A stretch of DNA of 64,000 bases, taken from positions 544,001 through 608,000 of the forward strand of contig CAWIBO010000002.1 of assembly GCA_963834385.1 (NCBI GenBank), read 5' to 3'. Position numbers and translations under genes: made by a program. The stretch is from an uncultured Verrucomicrobiae bacterium. Its GTDB lineage: Bacteria > Verrucomicrobiota > Verrucomicrobiia > Chthoniobacterales > UBA10450. The notes beneath the pieces are model-generated. The model did not search any database. It had not been told where the DNA came from and worked only from the letters and a program-made list of their open reading frames with translations. Below are positions 30,020-39,153 of the stretch, one piece after another (position 1 is the stretch's first letter; the number at the start of each line of letters is the position of its first letter).

Positions 30020-30129
30020 GCGGTTGCCGAGATTCCACCGGCCGGCCCTTGTGCCGAACCGCTGACGCCGCCAAAATAGCCGGCACCGTGAGGGACGAGG
30101 TCCGCCGCGGGGAAAAGTGCGCGCCGCCG

Positions 30130-31272
30130 ATGAGATTGCTCGACCGATACGTTTTACGACAATTCCTGCAGGCCTACCTCTACTGCATCATCAGCTTCAT
30201 TTCGATCTGGCTGATTTTTGACCTGAGCGAAAGCATCTCGAACATCCTCGAGCAACGTCTGCCGCCCGGCCGCATCGCGCAATATTATCTCCTGCAAGCC
30301 CCGCAGATTATCGTCGTCCTGCTCCCGGTCTCCCTTCTCCTGGCCCTCCTTTTCAGCCTCGGGAAGATGTCGCGCGCCAACGAGATCGTTTCCATGCTCG
30401 CGGCCGGCATCAGCGTTCCGCGGATCCTGCTGCCCCTCTTCGCGGCCGGCCTTGTCAGCACCGTGGTCAGCGGCGTGCTGAACTATTCCCTCGCGCCCCA
30501 GGCCGAGAACGTCCGCCGCGATTTTCTCGATGCCGCCCCCAGCCGACGCGACCAGGTCGGACTGAGGGCGCAGATCTTCCGGAACCGGAGCGATCATCGG
30601 ACCTGGTTCATCCAGCATTACAAGCCGGGCGGAAACGAGTTCAGCAGCCTGCAAATCCTGCAACAGGACGCGCAGGACAACATCGTGCGCGCCTATTTTG
30701 CCACCCGCGCCTTTTATCGGCCGGAGACCAGGGAATGGGAACTCCAGCTCGGCAAAAAGGTCGAGTATGACGAGGCCGGCAGCATCACAGGCGAGGAGGT
30801 TTTTCCCTCGTTGCTCCTGCGCGAATGGAGCGAAACGCCTTTCCGGCTCATGAGCGCGCACCTGAAGGCCGAGTCGCTCAGCGTCCCGGAGCTGCGGCAA
30901 TATCTCCGGTTCAACGCCGATTTCCCGCAGCCTTTGCTCGCCCCTTACCGCACGCATCTCCATTACCGGTTCGCCCTCCCCTGGTCGTGCCTTATCGTCG
31001 TTTTCATTGCCGGGCCGCTCGCCATCGGTTTTTCCCGTCGCGGCGTCCTTTCCAGCGTGGGCGCGGCCATTCTCCTGGTTTTCGCGATGAATTTTCTCGG
31101 CTTCTTCTTCCTCGCCCTGGGCGAGGGACATCGCATCCCGGCCTGGACGGCGGCCTGGGCGCCCAACGTGATTTTCACCCTCCTCGGCCTTTATCTGCTC
31201 TACCTCCGGAGCACGAACCGCGATTGGCCGCAGTTTAAACCGGCCGCCAGCCGGGTTATGGTCAGCCCATGA
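30130..31272 (+). CDS. LptF/LptG family LPS export permease
   Basis: MRLLDRYVLR, L.KMSRANEI..M.AAGIS..RI, periplasmic beta domain, H.RFALP, AAWAPNVIF. Confidence 0.92.
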   Translation: MRLLDRYVLRQFLQAYLYCIISFISIWLIFDLSESISNILEQRLPPGRIAQYYLLQAPQIIVVLLPVSLLLALLFSLGKMSRANEIVSMLAAGISVPRILLPLFAAGLVSTVVSGVLNYSLAPQAENVRRDFLDAAPSRRDQVGLRAQIFRNRSDHRTWFIQHYKPGGNEFSSLQILQQDAQDNIVRAYFATRAFYRPETREWELQLGKKVEYDEAGSITGEEVFPSLLLREWSETPFRLMSAHLKAESLSVPELRQYLRFNADFPQPLLAPYRTHLHYRFALPWSCLIVVFIAGPLAIGFSRRGVLSSVGAAILLVFAMNFLGFFFLALGEGHRIPAWTAAWAPNVIFTLLGLYLLYLRSTNRDWPQFKPAASRVMVSP

Positions 31273-31781
31273 ACCCGCTCGCGCACGACTGGCCGATCAA
31301 GCACCGCGCCGAAAGCTGCGCCGTGACCGGGCGTCCCTTTGTCGAGGGCGAATTTTTCTACACCCTCCTTTTCCGCGAGGGAGAGGGATTCCGGCGGGAA
31401 GACCTGAGCGAGGAGGCCTGGGCGGCCCGGAACGAGAACATCCGCCCATTCAGCTTCTGGAAGACGCGCTACGAACCGCCCCCGCCCGCGCCGCCCGAGG
31501 CCCTGCCGCGCGAGAACGCGGAGGAACTGCTCCGGCGGCTCCTGGCCGAAGGCGCGGAGAAAAATGCCCGGGCCTGCTACGTCCTCGCCGTCATGCTCGA
31601 GCGAAAACGCATCCTCAAGCAGATCAAGACGGATGAGACCGAGGGCCGCCGCGTCCTCGTCTATGAGCAGGGCAAAACGGGCGATGTCTTCCTCGTGCCC
31701 GACGTCCAGCTGCGCCTCGACGAGGTGGAAAGCGTGCAGCGCGAAGTCTCCGGCCTCCTGAGCGAGGCCGTCTCCTCATGA
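31269..31781 (+). CDS. Conserved hypothetical protein
   Basis: Translationally coupled on both sides; C..TGRPF..GE, RREDL, FSFWK, YVLAVMLERKRIL. Confidence 0.8.
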   Translation: MNPLAHDWPIKHRAESCAVTGRPFVEGEFFYTLLFREGEGFRREDLSEEAWAARNENIRPFSFWKTRYEPPPPAPPEALPRENAEELLRRLLAEGAEKNARACYVLAVMLERKRILKQIKTDETEGRRVLVYEQGKTGDVFLVPDVQLRLDEVESVQREVSGLLSEAVSS

Positions 31782-32800
31782 AACCGCCCCTTCTGCCCTG
31801 GTTCAGCGCCAGCGGCAGCTTCCCGCTTTATCTCGCCCCCATGGCCGGCGTGACCGACAAGATCTTCCGCCAGATCTGCCGCGAATTCGGCGCCGATGTT
31901 CTCGTGACCGAATTCGTCTCGTCGGAAGGCGTTTTCCGCCGCAACGACCGGACCCGCGAATACCTCGACTTCGACGAGATCGAACGGCCGCTGGGCGTCC
32001 AGCTCTTCGGCGGCGACCCCGGCCACATGGCCGAGGCCGCCCGCGCGGTGGTCGACTGGGTTCGCCCTGATTTCATCGACATCAATTTCGGTTGCCCGGT
32101 GAACAAGGTGGTTTCCAAGAATGGCGGCTCGGCCCTGCTCAAGGATTGCCCGACCCTCGCAGCCGTGGCCGGCGCCGTGGTCAAAGCCGTCGCCCCTGTC
32201 CCAGTCAGCGCCAAAATCCGGATTGGCTGGGACGAGCAGAGCGTGAACGCGCCGCGCGTCGCCCGCATCCTGGAAGAGTGCGGCATTGCCGCGGTGGCCG
32301 TGCACGGCCGCACCCGCTCCCAGGGTTATTCCGGGGCGGCCGACTGGGACGTGATCGGGGAAGTGGCCGAGTCGGTCTCCGTGCCTGTGATCGGCAATGG
32401 CGACATCTTCAGCGCGGCCGACGTGAAAAAACGCCGCGATCAAACCAAAATTGCCGGCATCATGATCGGGCGGGCGGCCATGACCGCCCCCTGGATTTTC
32501 CGCGAGATCAAATCGTTCCTGGCCGACGGCACCCTGCCGCCGCCGCCTGCCCTCGAGGAAAAGTGGGCGCTCATTCGTCGCCACTGCGAAGCCACCGTGG
32601 CGGCCTGGGGGGAGGAAGAGAAGGCGATGCGCTCACTCCGGGCCCGGCTCATGGCCTATTCCAAGGGGTTGCCCGAGAGCAAACAACTGCGCGAAAAATT
32701 CCAGCAGGTCTCCTGGCTGTCGGACCTGGACCGAATTGCGGAGCAGCATCTCGCGCTGCACCGGGATGGGACCGCGACCGGCTACCCGGTCTTGGCGTAG
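31778..32800 (+). CDS. dusB: tRNA-dihydrouridine synthase
   Basis: LAPMAGVTD, GVQLFG, IDINFGCP, KIRIGW, VHGRT, IGNGDI, MIGRAA. Confidence 0.93.
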   Translation: MKPPLLPWFSASGSFPLYLAPMAGVTDKIFRQICREFGADVLVTEFVSSEGVFRRNDRTREYLDFDEIERPLGVQLFGGDPGHMAEAARAVVDWVRPDFIDINFGCPVNKVVSKNGGSALLKDCPTLAAVAGAVVKAVAPVPVSAKIRIGWDEQSVNAPRVARILEECGIAAVAVHGRTRSQGYSGAADWDVIGEVAESVSVPVIGNGDIFSAADVKKRRDQTKIAGIMIGRAAMTAPWIFREIKSFLADGTLPPPPALEEKWALIRRHCEATVAAWGEEEKAMRSLRARLMAYSKGLPESKQLREKFQQVSWLSDLDRIAEQHLALHRDGTATGYPVLA

Positions 32801-33336
32801 ACGCCGATGAGCGGATATTTGCAGCGCCACTTGCTTTTGTAGTCGCTGACGAATCCGTTCCGGGTCCGAATTTCCACGTGGCCGGCGCCGCCACTGCCCT
32901 TGCCATAAACGAGGACCGACCCGAGCGGGGCGGAGTAGGGATCACGCACCGAAAGTTTCTTGAAGCCATGCTTCTGCACCAGCTCGGTCGCGGCCTGGTA
33001 GGCGTAGTTCGTTTTCGGGTAATAATCGACCACACCGGCGGCGAGCAGGGCCTGCTTCACATATTGCCAGCAGCGGGCCTTGGTCCGGGCATTGGCGCGC
33101 TCCTGCGCAATCGTGGCCGCCTTGAAGAGGCGCGGATCGATGCTTCGGTCCACCCGGGCCGGGGGACGCACCACCGGCACCCGGCGGTAAGTCCGGATGA
33201 TGTGGGCCGATCGAATCTGGCCCGGCCGAACCTCATAATAGAAGCGGCTCTTCGAGGGCTTGAGCCCGGCGGCGTTCGTGCCCTGGGCCAGGCCCAGGAG
33301 GAGAGAAAGAAGCAGGAGAGGAAAAATGCGACGCAC
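32782..33336 (-). CDS. Secreted papain-like (CHAP/NlpC-P60-like) amidase, paralog 1
   Basis: Signal peptide, RCWQYVKQAL, AP.GSVLVYG, GHVEI, FVSD. Confidence 0.7.
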   Translation of the reverse strand: MRRIFPLLLLSLLLGLAQGTNAAGLKPSKSRFYYEVRPGQIRSAHIIRTYRRVPVVRPPARVDRSIDPRLFKAATIAQERANARTKARCWQYVKQALLAAGVVDYYPKTNYAYQAATELVQKHGFKKLSVRDPYSAPLGSVLVYGKGSGGAGHVEIRTRNGFVSDYKSKWRCKYPLIGVYAKTG

Positions 33337-33448
33337 GAGCCCTGTTTATGCAAGCCGCGTGCCATTATGACAAGCGGTTTTCGTATTCGCCGGAAAATTT
33401 TATAAAGCCTGGGGGCCCCGGCTGGCCCGCGAGCCGGCTAAACCGGGA

Positions 33449-34027
33449 TCAGGCCTTGGTCAGGACGGCAATGAGCGGCCGGCGCGATGGCTTGGGCGAG
33501 CGGAAATCGCTCACAAAACCGGTCGGGGTGCGAAACTCGATGTGCCCGGCTGCGCGGCGCGAACCGTAGACCAGGACCGAGCCGACGGGGGCGGCGTAAG
33601 GGTCGCGAATGGGCAGCCGTTTGAAGCCGAAATCGCGCACCAGTTCATCAGCCGCCTGCTTGGCGTAGGCGGTCTTCGGGCGGGAATTGACCACGCCGGC
33701 GGCGATCAGCGCCTCCTTGACGTAGCGCCAGCAACGCGACTTGGACCGGGCATGGGCCCTTTCCTGGGCGATGGTGGCCGCGCGCATGAGGCGGGGATCG
33801 ATCCGGCGATCAACCCGCGCCACCGGGCGGGCAATCTTCCGGCCATGGTATCTCTCCACAATCGGCGCCGAGACGACCCGGCCACTCTGGTCCTTGAAGA
33901 CAAAACGAGCCGCGACGGGCTTTTTCTTGCTGGTTGTCGGCACCACACGGCTGGCGGCCTCCGCGAGAGGCGCCAAAAACAGGAGCAGAGAACCGCAAAC
34001 GATAGCTAGGGGGGTAGTTACTCGCAT
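33449..34027 (-). CDS. Secreted papain-like (CHAP/NlpC-P60-like) amidase, paralog 2
   Basis: Signal peptide, RCWRYVKEAL, AP.GSVLVYG, GHIEF, FVSD. Confidence 0.7.
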   Translation of the reverse strand: MRVTTPLAIVCGSLLLFLAPLAEAASRVVPTTSKKKPVAARFVFKDQSGRVVSAPIVERYHGRKIARPVARVDRRIDPRLMRAATIAQERAHARSKSRCWRYVKEALIAAGVVNSRPKTAYAKQAADELVRDFGFKRLPIRDPYAAPVGSVLVYGSRRAAGHIEFRTPTGFVSDFRSPKPSRRPLIAVLTKA

Positions 34028-34157
34028 TCGGAGCGCTCCTTATCGCGGTTATGAGAGCGAGACGCAACCGTTTTTTTGCTCGAAAAGTATGTTCCCCGGG
34101 TGGGGTATTTTACCGGCTTGCCCTGGTCGCCCGGTTCCGGGTATTCTGGCCGGTTAC

Positions 34158-35801
34158 ATGAAGAAGGTGGCGGCCTGGACTCTGTCCATTTTTCTTGTTT
34201 CCTCTGCCTGGCTCCCCGGGAAAGAGCCTCTCTATGAGGGCCTTGGAGCTTATGCGCGCAAAGTCACGACCGATTCGCGGGAGGCGCAGCGCTATTTCAA
34301 CCAGGGCCTGGCCTTCCTGCACGGATTCAACCACAGCGCCGCCATCCGTTCCTTCGAGGAGGCGGTCCGCCTCGATCCCGCCTGCGCCATGGCCCATTGG
34401 GGGATTGCCCTTGCCAGCGGCCCGCACATCAATTTCCCGCTGGTGCCCCCGGAAGCGGCCGCCCGGGCCTGGAAACATATCGAGCTGGCCCGGGCCCATG
34501 CTGATTCCTCCGCCACCCCGGTGGAACGTGACCTGATCGAGGCCCAGGCCCGGCGCTACGCCAATCCGCCGCCGGAAGACCGCGCCCTGCTCGACCAGGC
34601 TTACTCCGAGGCGATGCGGACGCTCTGGCAAAAATACCCGGACGACGCCGACGTGGGGGTCTTCTTCGCCGAAGCCCTCATGAACCTGCGACCCTGGGAC
34701 CAGTGGACCCCGGAAGGCCAGGCGCAACCCGGGACCGACGAGGTGCTGGCCACCCTGGAAACGGTCATGAAACTCAATCCGCGGCACCCGTTCGCCAACC
34801 ATCTTTACATCCATGCGGTGGAAGCCTCGCCCAACCCGGAGCGTGCCGATGCCGCGGCGGCGCGCCTGCGCGACCTGCAACCGGGCCTGGCTCACAACGT
34901 GCACATGCCGTCGCACATCGACATTCGGCGCGGCCGCTGGCACGAGGCCATCGCCACCAACGAAAAGGCGGTCAACGCCGACCGTTCCTACCGGCAGCTC
35001 TCGGCCAAGGCCACGGGGATGGTGCCGATTTACGCCGCGCACAACCGACACATGCTCGCCTACGCCGCGCTCATGACCGGCCAACGCGAACTCGCCCTTC
35101 GGCATATCCGTCGGCTGGTGGAGGAGATCCCGGCTGATTACCTGAAAGAGAATGCCGCCATGACCGAGGGGTTTGTGGCCATGCCGCTGGAGGTCCTGGT
35201 GCGGTTTGGGCGCTGGGACGATATTCTTGCCGAGCCGGTCAATTACCCCGATCACATGCCGTTTACCCGGGCCTTTCACCATGCCGCCCGGGCCACCGCC
35301 CTTGCCGCCAAGGGTGAACCGGGGAAGGCGCGCGCCGAGCAGGCCCTCTTCCGCGCGGCGCAAACGAAGGTGCCGGATGAGCATTATCTGGGGAACAATC
35401 CGTGCGCGGCCGTGCTCGCGGTGGCGGAGCGAATGCTCGAGGGCGAAATCCTCCTCGCGGAGAAGAAAACGGAGCCCGGCCTGGCCGCGCTGCGGGAAGG
35501 CCTCAAACTGGAGGACGCGCTCAAGTATGATGAGCCGCCCGGCTGGATGATTCCCCTGCGGCACGTCATCGGCGCCACCCTCTTGCGGCAGGAACGGTTT
35601 ACGGAAGCGGAGGATGTTTACCGGGAAGACTTGAAACGGTTACCCGGCAACGGCTGGTCGCTCTACGGCCTGAGCGAGGCGCTCCGCGGCCAGAAGAACA
35701 AGGCGAAGGAAGCCGGGCAGGTCAGCCGCCAGTTCCAGAACGTCTGGGCCAAGGCCGACATCAAGATCAACAATTCCTGCCTTTGCCAGCCGCGGGGCTG
35801 A
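34158..35801 (+). CDS. Secreted TPR-containing protein
   Basis: Signal peptide at ATG 34158, AQRYFNQGL...GFNH, HLYIHAVE, HMPSHI, PGNGWSLYGL. Confidence 0.85.
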   Translation: MKKVAAWTLSIFLVSSAWLPGKEPLYEGLGAYARKVTTDSREAQRYFNQGLAFLHGFNHSAAIRSFEEAVRLDPACAMAHWGIALASGPHINFPLVPPEAAARAWKHIELARAHADSSATPVERDLIEAQARRYANPPPEDRALLDQAYSEAMRTLWQKYPDDADVGVFFAEALMNLRPWDQWTPEGQAQPGTDEVLATLETVMKLNPRHPFANHLYIHAVEASPNPERADAAAARLRDLQPGLAHNVHMPSHIDIRRGRWHEAIATNEKAVNADRSYRQLSAKATGMVPIYAAHNRHMLAYAALMTGQRELALRHIRRLVEEIPADYLKENAAMTEGFVAMPLEVLVRFGRWDDILAEPVNYPDHMPFTRAFHHAARATALAAKGEPGKARAEQALFRAAQTKVPDEHYLGNNPCAAVLAVAERMLEGEILLAEKKTEPGLAALREGLKLEDALKYDEPPGWMIPLRHVIGATLLRQERFTEAEDVYREDLKRLPGNGWSLYGLSEALRGQKNKAKEAGQVSRQFQNVWAKADIKINNSCLCQPRG

Positions 35802-35843
35802 TCCGCGCTTGACCGGGGCGCCTCCGAGCCGGGCCGGACGCCG

Positions 35844-37328
35844 TTATTTGGCCAGCTCGTGCAGGAACTCGACGAATGACATGACCGCCCCGTCGTATCC
35901 CTGGATCTTCGGGTTGGTCGATTCGATCAGGTAATATTCGTCCGGCGCGTGCGCGCCCCCGCCGTGCCCAAGGCCAAAATGGCCGGCCGCCAGGTTGAGC
36001 GGTTCGCCGGTGAAAACGTATCCGGGCCATGAGCCCGCACTGCGCGGCCAGAGCAGCGGATCGAGCCCGGCCTTTTTGTAAACCGCCACCGCCGCCTTGA
36101 TCAGCGGCGCGTCCGCCGGCGTGCTGTTCGGATCGTAGCCGCCCGTCATTTTCACCTCGATATCGCCATAGCCCTTCTTTGCCAGGTGCGCCTTGAGCGC
36201 GGCAAAGGCTTCCTCCGCCTTCATCTCGGGCACCAGCCGCAGATCGAGCTTGGCCGAGGCCTTGTGCGGCAGGATGGTCATTCCCCCGGGCCCGGTGTAG
36301 CCGCCGTAAATGCCCTCGATGTTCACCGTCGGCGCAGAGACCAAACGCTCGAGCGAGCCCGCGAAGTCGGCGTCACGCGCCCATTTTTCCACTCCCAGCG
36401 ACTTTTTCACGTCCGCTTCGTTCTGGCGTTTGGCGCCTTCCGCCACCATTTGCTTCTCCTCCGCGGTCATCGGCCGGACCTTTGTCGTCAGGCCCTCAAT
36501 GGCCGGCTCGTTGCCATCCTCCGAGACCAGGGTGTTCAACGCCTTCACCAGGTGCCAGACCGGGCTGTCGAGACGCGCCTTGTTCGAGGAATGCACCGTC
36601 TTTTTCGGTCCGCGCCCCCATTTCTCACCGCTGGCGGTCAGTTCCACCTCGATGACCCCCTTGGCCCCGAGGTTGACCGTGACCGCGCCATCGGGACCCT
36701 GCGTCGCCGAGGGCATGAAAACGCCGATGGTCTTCGCCAGGGCCGCCTGCACCTCCGGTTGGCGCACCACTTCCGGGAAATTGGGCGACCCGATCTCTTC
36801 CTCTCCCTCGGCCACGAACACCAGGTTCACCGGCGATTTCTTCCCAGCGGCCTTGAGCGCGTGCAGCGCCGCGAGGAGGGCCGACTGCGGGCCTTTTTGG
36901 TTCACCGCCCCGCGGCCCATCATCACCTTGCCGAACCCGGGCTTGTCCACCAGCTGCGCTTCCCACGGCGGCGACGACCATTCGGAGGGATCAACCTGCT
37001 TCACGTCGTACATGAAATAGATCCCGACGGTCTTCGGCGCGCCGGCATCGAGCGTGGCGAACACGCCCGGCTTGCCCGATGTCTTCACCTGTTCCGCTTT
37101 CTGGAAGCCCGCTTCCTTGAGCAGCTTGATCATGTGCTCGGCGCCCTCGGGGAACCCGCGATCCTCCGCCGCGATGGAAATTTGTTTAACCCAGTCCTGC
37201 AGCCGCTGGATGTTCGCGTCGTGCTGCTCCGCCACCTTCGCCTTGACCGGTGCGAGATCGGCTTCGGCCCCGAAAATCGGGCCCGGGAGAAAGGAAAGAA
37301 GAGCGACGCAAAAAAGAACAGGCTTCAT
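35844..37328 (-). CDS. M20/M25/M40 family peptidase
   Basis: Signal peptide, MYDV, GRGAVNQKG, EGEEEIGS, AHAPDEY. Confidence 0.9.
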   Translation of the reverse strand: MKPVLFCVALLSFLPGPIFGAEADLAPVKAKVAEQHDANIQRLQDWVKQISIAAEDRGFPEGAEHMIKLLKEAGFQKAEQVKTSGKPGVFATLDAGAPKTVGIYFMYDVKQVDPSEWSSPPWEAQLVDKPGFGKVMMGRGAVNQKGPQSALLAALHALKAAGKKSPVNLVFVAEGEEEIGSPNFPEVVRQPEVQAALAKTIGVFMPSATQGPDGAVTVNLGAKGVIEVELTASGEKWGRGPKKTVHSSNKARLDSPVWHLVKALNTLVSEDGNEPAIEGLTTKVRPMTAEEKQMVAEGAKRQNEADVKKSLGVEKWARDADFAGSLERLVSAPTVNIEGIYGGYTGPGGMTILPHKASAKLDLRLVPEMKAEEAFAALKAHLAKKGYGDIEVKMTGGYDPNSTPADAPLIKAAVAVYKKAGLDPLLWPRSAGSWPGYVFTGEPLNLAAGHFGLGHGGGAHAPDEYYLIESTNPKIQGYDGAVMSFVEFLHELAK

Positions 37329-37448
37329 GCCGGGTTATTTCCGCCTCCTTGCTTCCCGCCGCAAGAAAAGAAGAGCCGGAAAACGCGGCCTCGGCCGGCC
37401 GCGATTCCTCTTTCACTTTCCGCGCGGGACCGCGCAGAATGCCGGCCA

Positions 37449-37976
37449 ATGAACGCGCCCGGTATTTTTGCCCTGGAACGGCCCGACCCCGACCTGATGA
37501 AGGTTTACCTGCTCCGGGCGCTGCTCACCGGTCCCGGCGTTATTTTTTTCCTGCCCTGGCTCTTCTTTCGCTATCGCACGCTGCGTTACAAGTTCGACGA
37601 GGAAGGCGTGCACATGCGCGTGGGCGTTCTCTCCCGCCGCGAGGTCAACCTGACCTACGCGCGCATCCAGGACATCCATCTCCATTCCGGCATCATCCAG
37701 CGCTGGTTCGGCCTGGCCGACCTTCAGATCCAGACCGCTTCCGGGGCCAGCGGCGCCGAGATGGTGATTGAAGGCTTCAAGAATTTCGAAGCCATCCGCG
37801 ACTTTCTCTATTCGCGCATGCGCGGCGCGCGCGGGCTCGAGACCGGGAGCCAACCGGCGGTCGCCCCCGAGGAAACGGCCGGACCGGGGGACCGGGAGAT
37901 GGTGGAACTCCTGCACGGCATTCGCGATGAGCTGCGCCAGGTGCGCCAGAATCTTGCCCCGCCGGCCGCTCCATGA
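37449..37976 (+). CDS. Bacterial PH-domain membrane protein
   Basis: TM then LRYKFDEEG...GVL.RRE..LTYARIQD......IQRWFGLA.L.IQTA. Confidence 0.88.
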   Translation: MNAPGIFALERPDPDLMKVYLLRALLTGPGVIFFLPWLFFRYRTLRYKFDEEGVHMRVGVLSRREVNLTYARIQDIHLHSGIIQRWFGLADLQIQTASGASGAEMVIEGFKNFEAIRDFLYSRMRGARGLETGSQPAVAPEETAGPGDREMVELLHGIRDELRQVRQNLAPPAAP

Positions 37977-38731
37977 TCTTTCGCCTTTACCGCGAGGGCG
38001 CGGAACAGCTCCTGCGCATCCCCGGACCGCCGGCACCGCCGCCCGGGGACGACGCTTCGGCCCGCGTGTTCCAGGCTTCTCCCCGGTTCTATTGGTACCT
38101 GCTGGTGACCTGGCTGCTCCGCACGGTGATCGCCGTTATCGCCATTGCCCCCATGAGCGCGGTTCCCATCTTCGGAAGATTCCTGCGCTCAGTGGATGAT
38201 TTCTCACCGAATTTCATCCCGGGCCCGCCCCTTTTCCTGCTTGGTCTCATCCTGCTCCAGCGTTTCTGGGCTTTGGCGCTGCTGCGGCTGGACTTTGAAA
38301 AGCGCTACTACCTCGCGACCGATCGCAGCCTCCGCGTGCGGGAAGGCGTGACCCACGTGCGCGAGATGACCATTACCTTTGCCAACATCCAGAACATCTC
38401 GATCTCGCAGGGACCGTTGCAGCGCCTCTTTCGCATCGCCGACCTCCAGGTCGATACCGCCGGCGGGGGCGCCGGGAAGAAGAGCGATGACGAAAAGGAG
38501 GGCTCGCATGGCGTCCGGTTCCGCGGCGTGGATAACGCCGCCCAGATTCGCGACCTGATCAACGAACGGGTCCGGCGGCTCAAGGACGCCGGGTTGGGAG
38601 ACGTGGAAGAGCGCCAACGCCCTCGCCCGACGGCGCCGCCCGCGGCTTCCGCCGGCCTGATGGCCGCTCTCCGCGAGGTGCGCGAGGAAGCGCGCCGGCT
38701 GCGGGAAACGAGTGCCGCGCGGCCGCGCTGA
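37973..38731 (+). CDS. Bacterial PH-domain membrane protein
   Basis: Two TMs then TDRSLRVREG...ITFANIQNI...QGPLQRLF.IADL.VDTAGGG. Confidence 0.88.
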   Translation: MIFRLYREGAEQLLRIPGPPAPPPGDDASARVFQASPRFYWYLLVTWLLRTVIAVIAIAPMSAVPIFGRFLRSVDDFSPNFIPGPPLFLLGLILLQRFWALALLRLDFEKRYYLATDRSLRVREGVTHVREMTITFANIQNISISQGPLQRLFRIADLQVDTAGGGAGKKSDDEKEGSHGVRFRGVDNAAQIRDLINERVRRLKDAGLGDVEERQRPRPTAPPAASAGLMAALREVREEARRLRETSAARPR

Positions 38732-38734
38732 AGT

Positions 38735-38787
38735 TCCTATTGACATTCTATAGGAGAACCGCATTCTCCTATAGAACAACTATATGA
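38735..38787 (+). promoter_or_regulatory. padR promoter with tandem palindromic operator candidates
   Basis: TTGACA at 38740-38745; TCCTAT-N9-ATAGGA and TCCTAT-N9-ATATGA 32 bp apart. Confidence 0.7.
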
Positions 38788-39119
38788 AACAGCCGTCGCC
38801 CACCGGTCTCCTCCAGGGAACCCTCGATCTCCTCGTCCTCCAGGCCCTTTCCCCCCAGCCTCGTCATGGCCTCGGCGTTTCCGATCGAATCCGCCAGATC
38901 ACCCAGGGAACTTTTGTGGTCAAGCCAGGCTCGCTCTTCCCGGCCCTGCACCGGATGGAAGAGGCCGGCTGGCTGACCTCGAAGTGGGGCGAATCGGAAA
39001 ACAACCGCCGGGCCAAATTTTACACCCTCACCCGCGCCGGACGCCGACAGCTCGAGACCGAAACGGCGGACTGGCAACGGATCTCGCTCGCGATCGGGCA
39101 GGCGCTCCGGGCCATCTGA
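38784..39119 (+). CDS. PadR family transcriptional regulator (acidobacterial type)
   Basis: LLQGTLDLLVL, HG, GSLFPALHRME, W..SENNRRAKFY.LT..GR. Confidence 0.94.
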   Translation: MKQPSPTGLLQGTLDLLVLQALSPQPRHGLGVSDRIRQITQGTFVVKPGSLFPALHRMEEAGWLTSKWGESENNRRAKFYTLTRAGRRQLETETADWQRISLAIGQALRAI

Positions 39120-39153
39120 TGATCCCGACCGTTTCCACCCACACCTGCAACGC

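Noticed and set aside
26300..30050. CRISPR array or classical integron
   Set aside because: Repeats are ~150 bp, few and unevenly spaced; no cas or intI gene and no attC core consensus recognised
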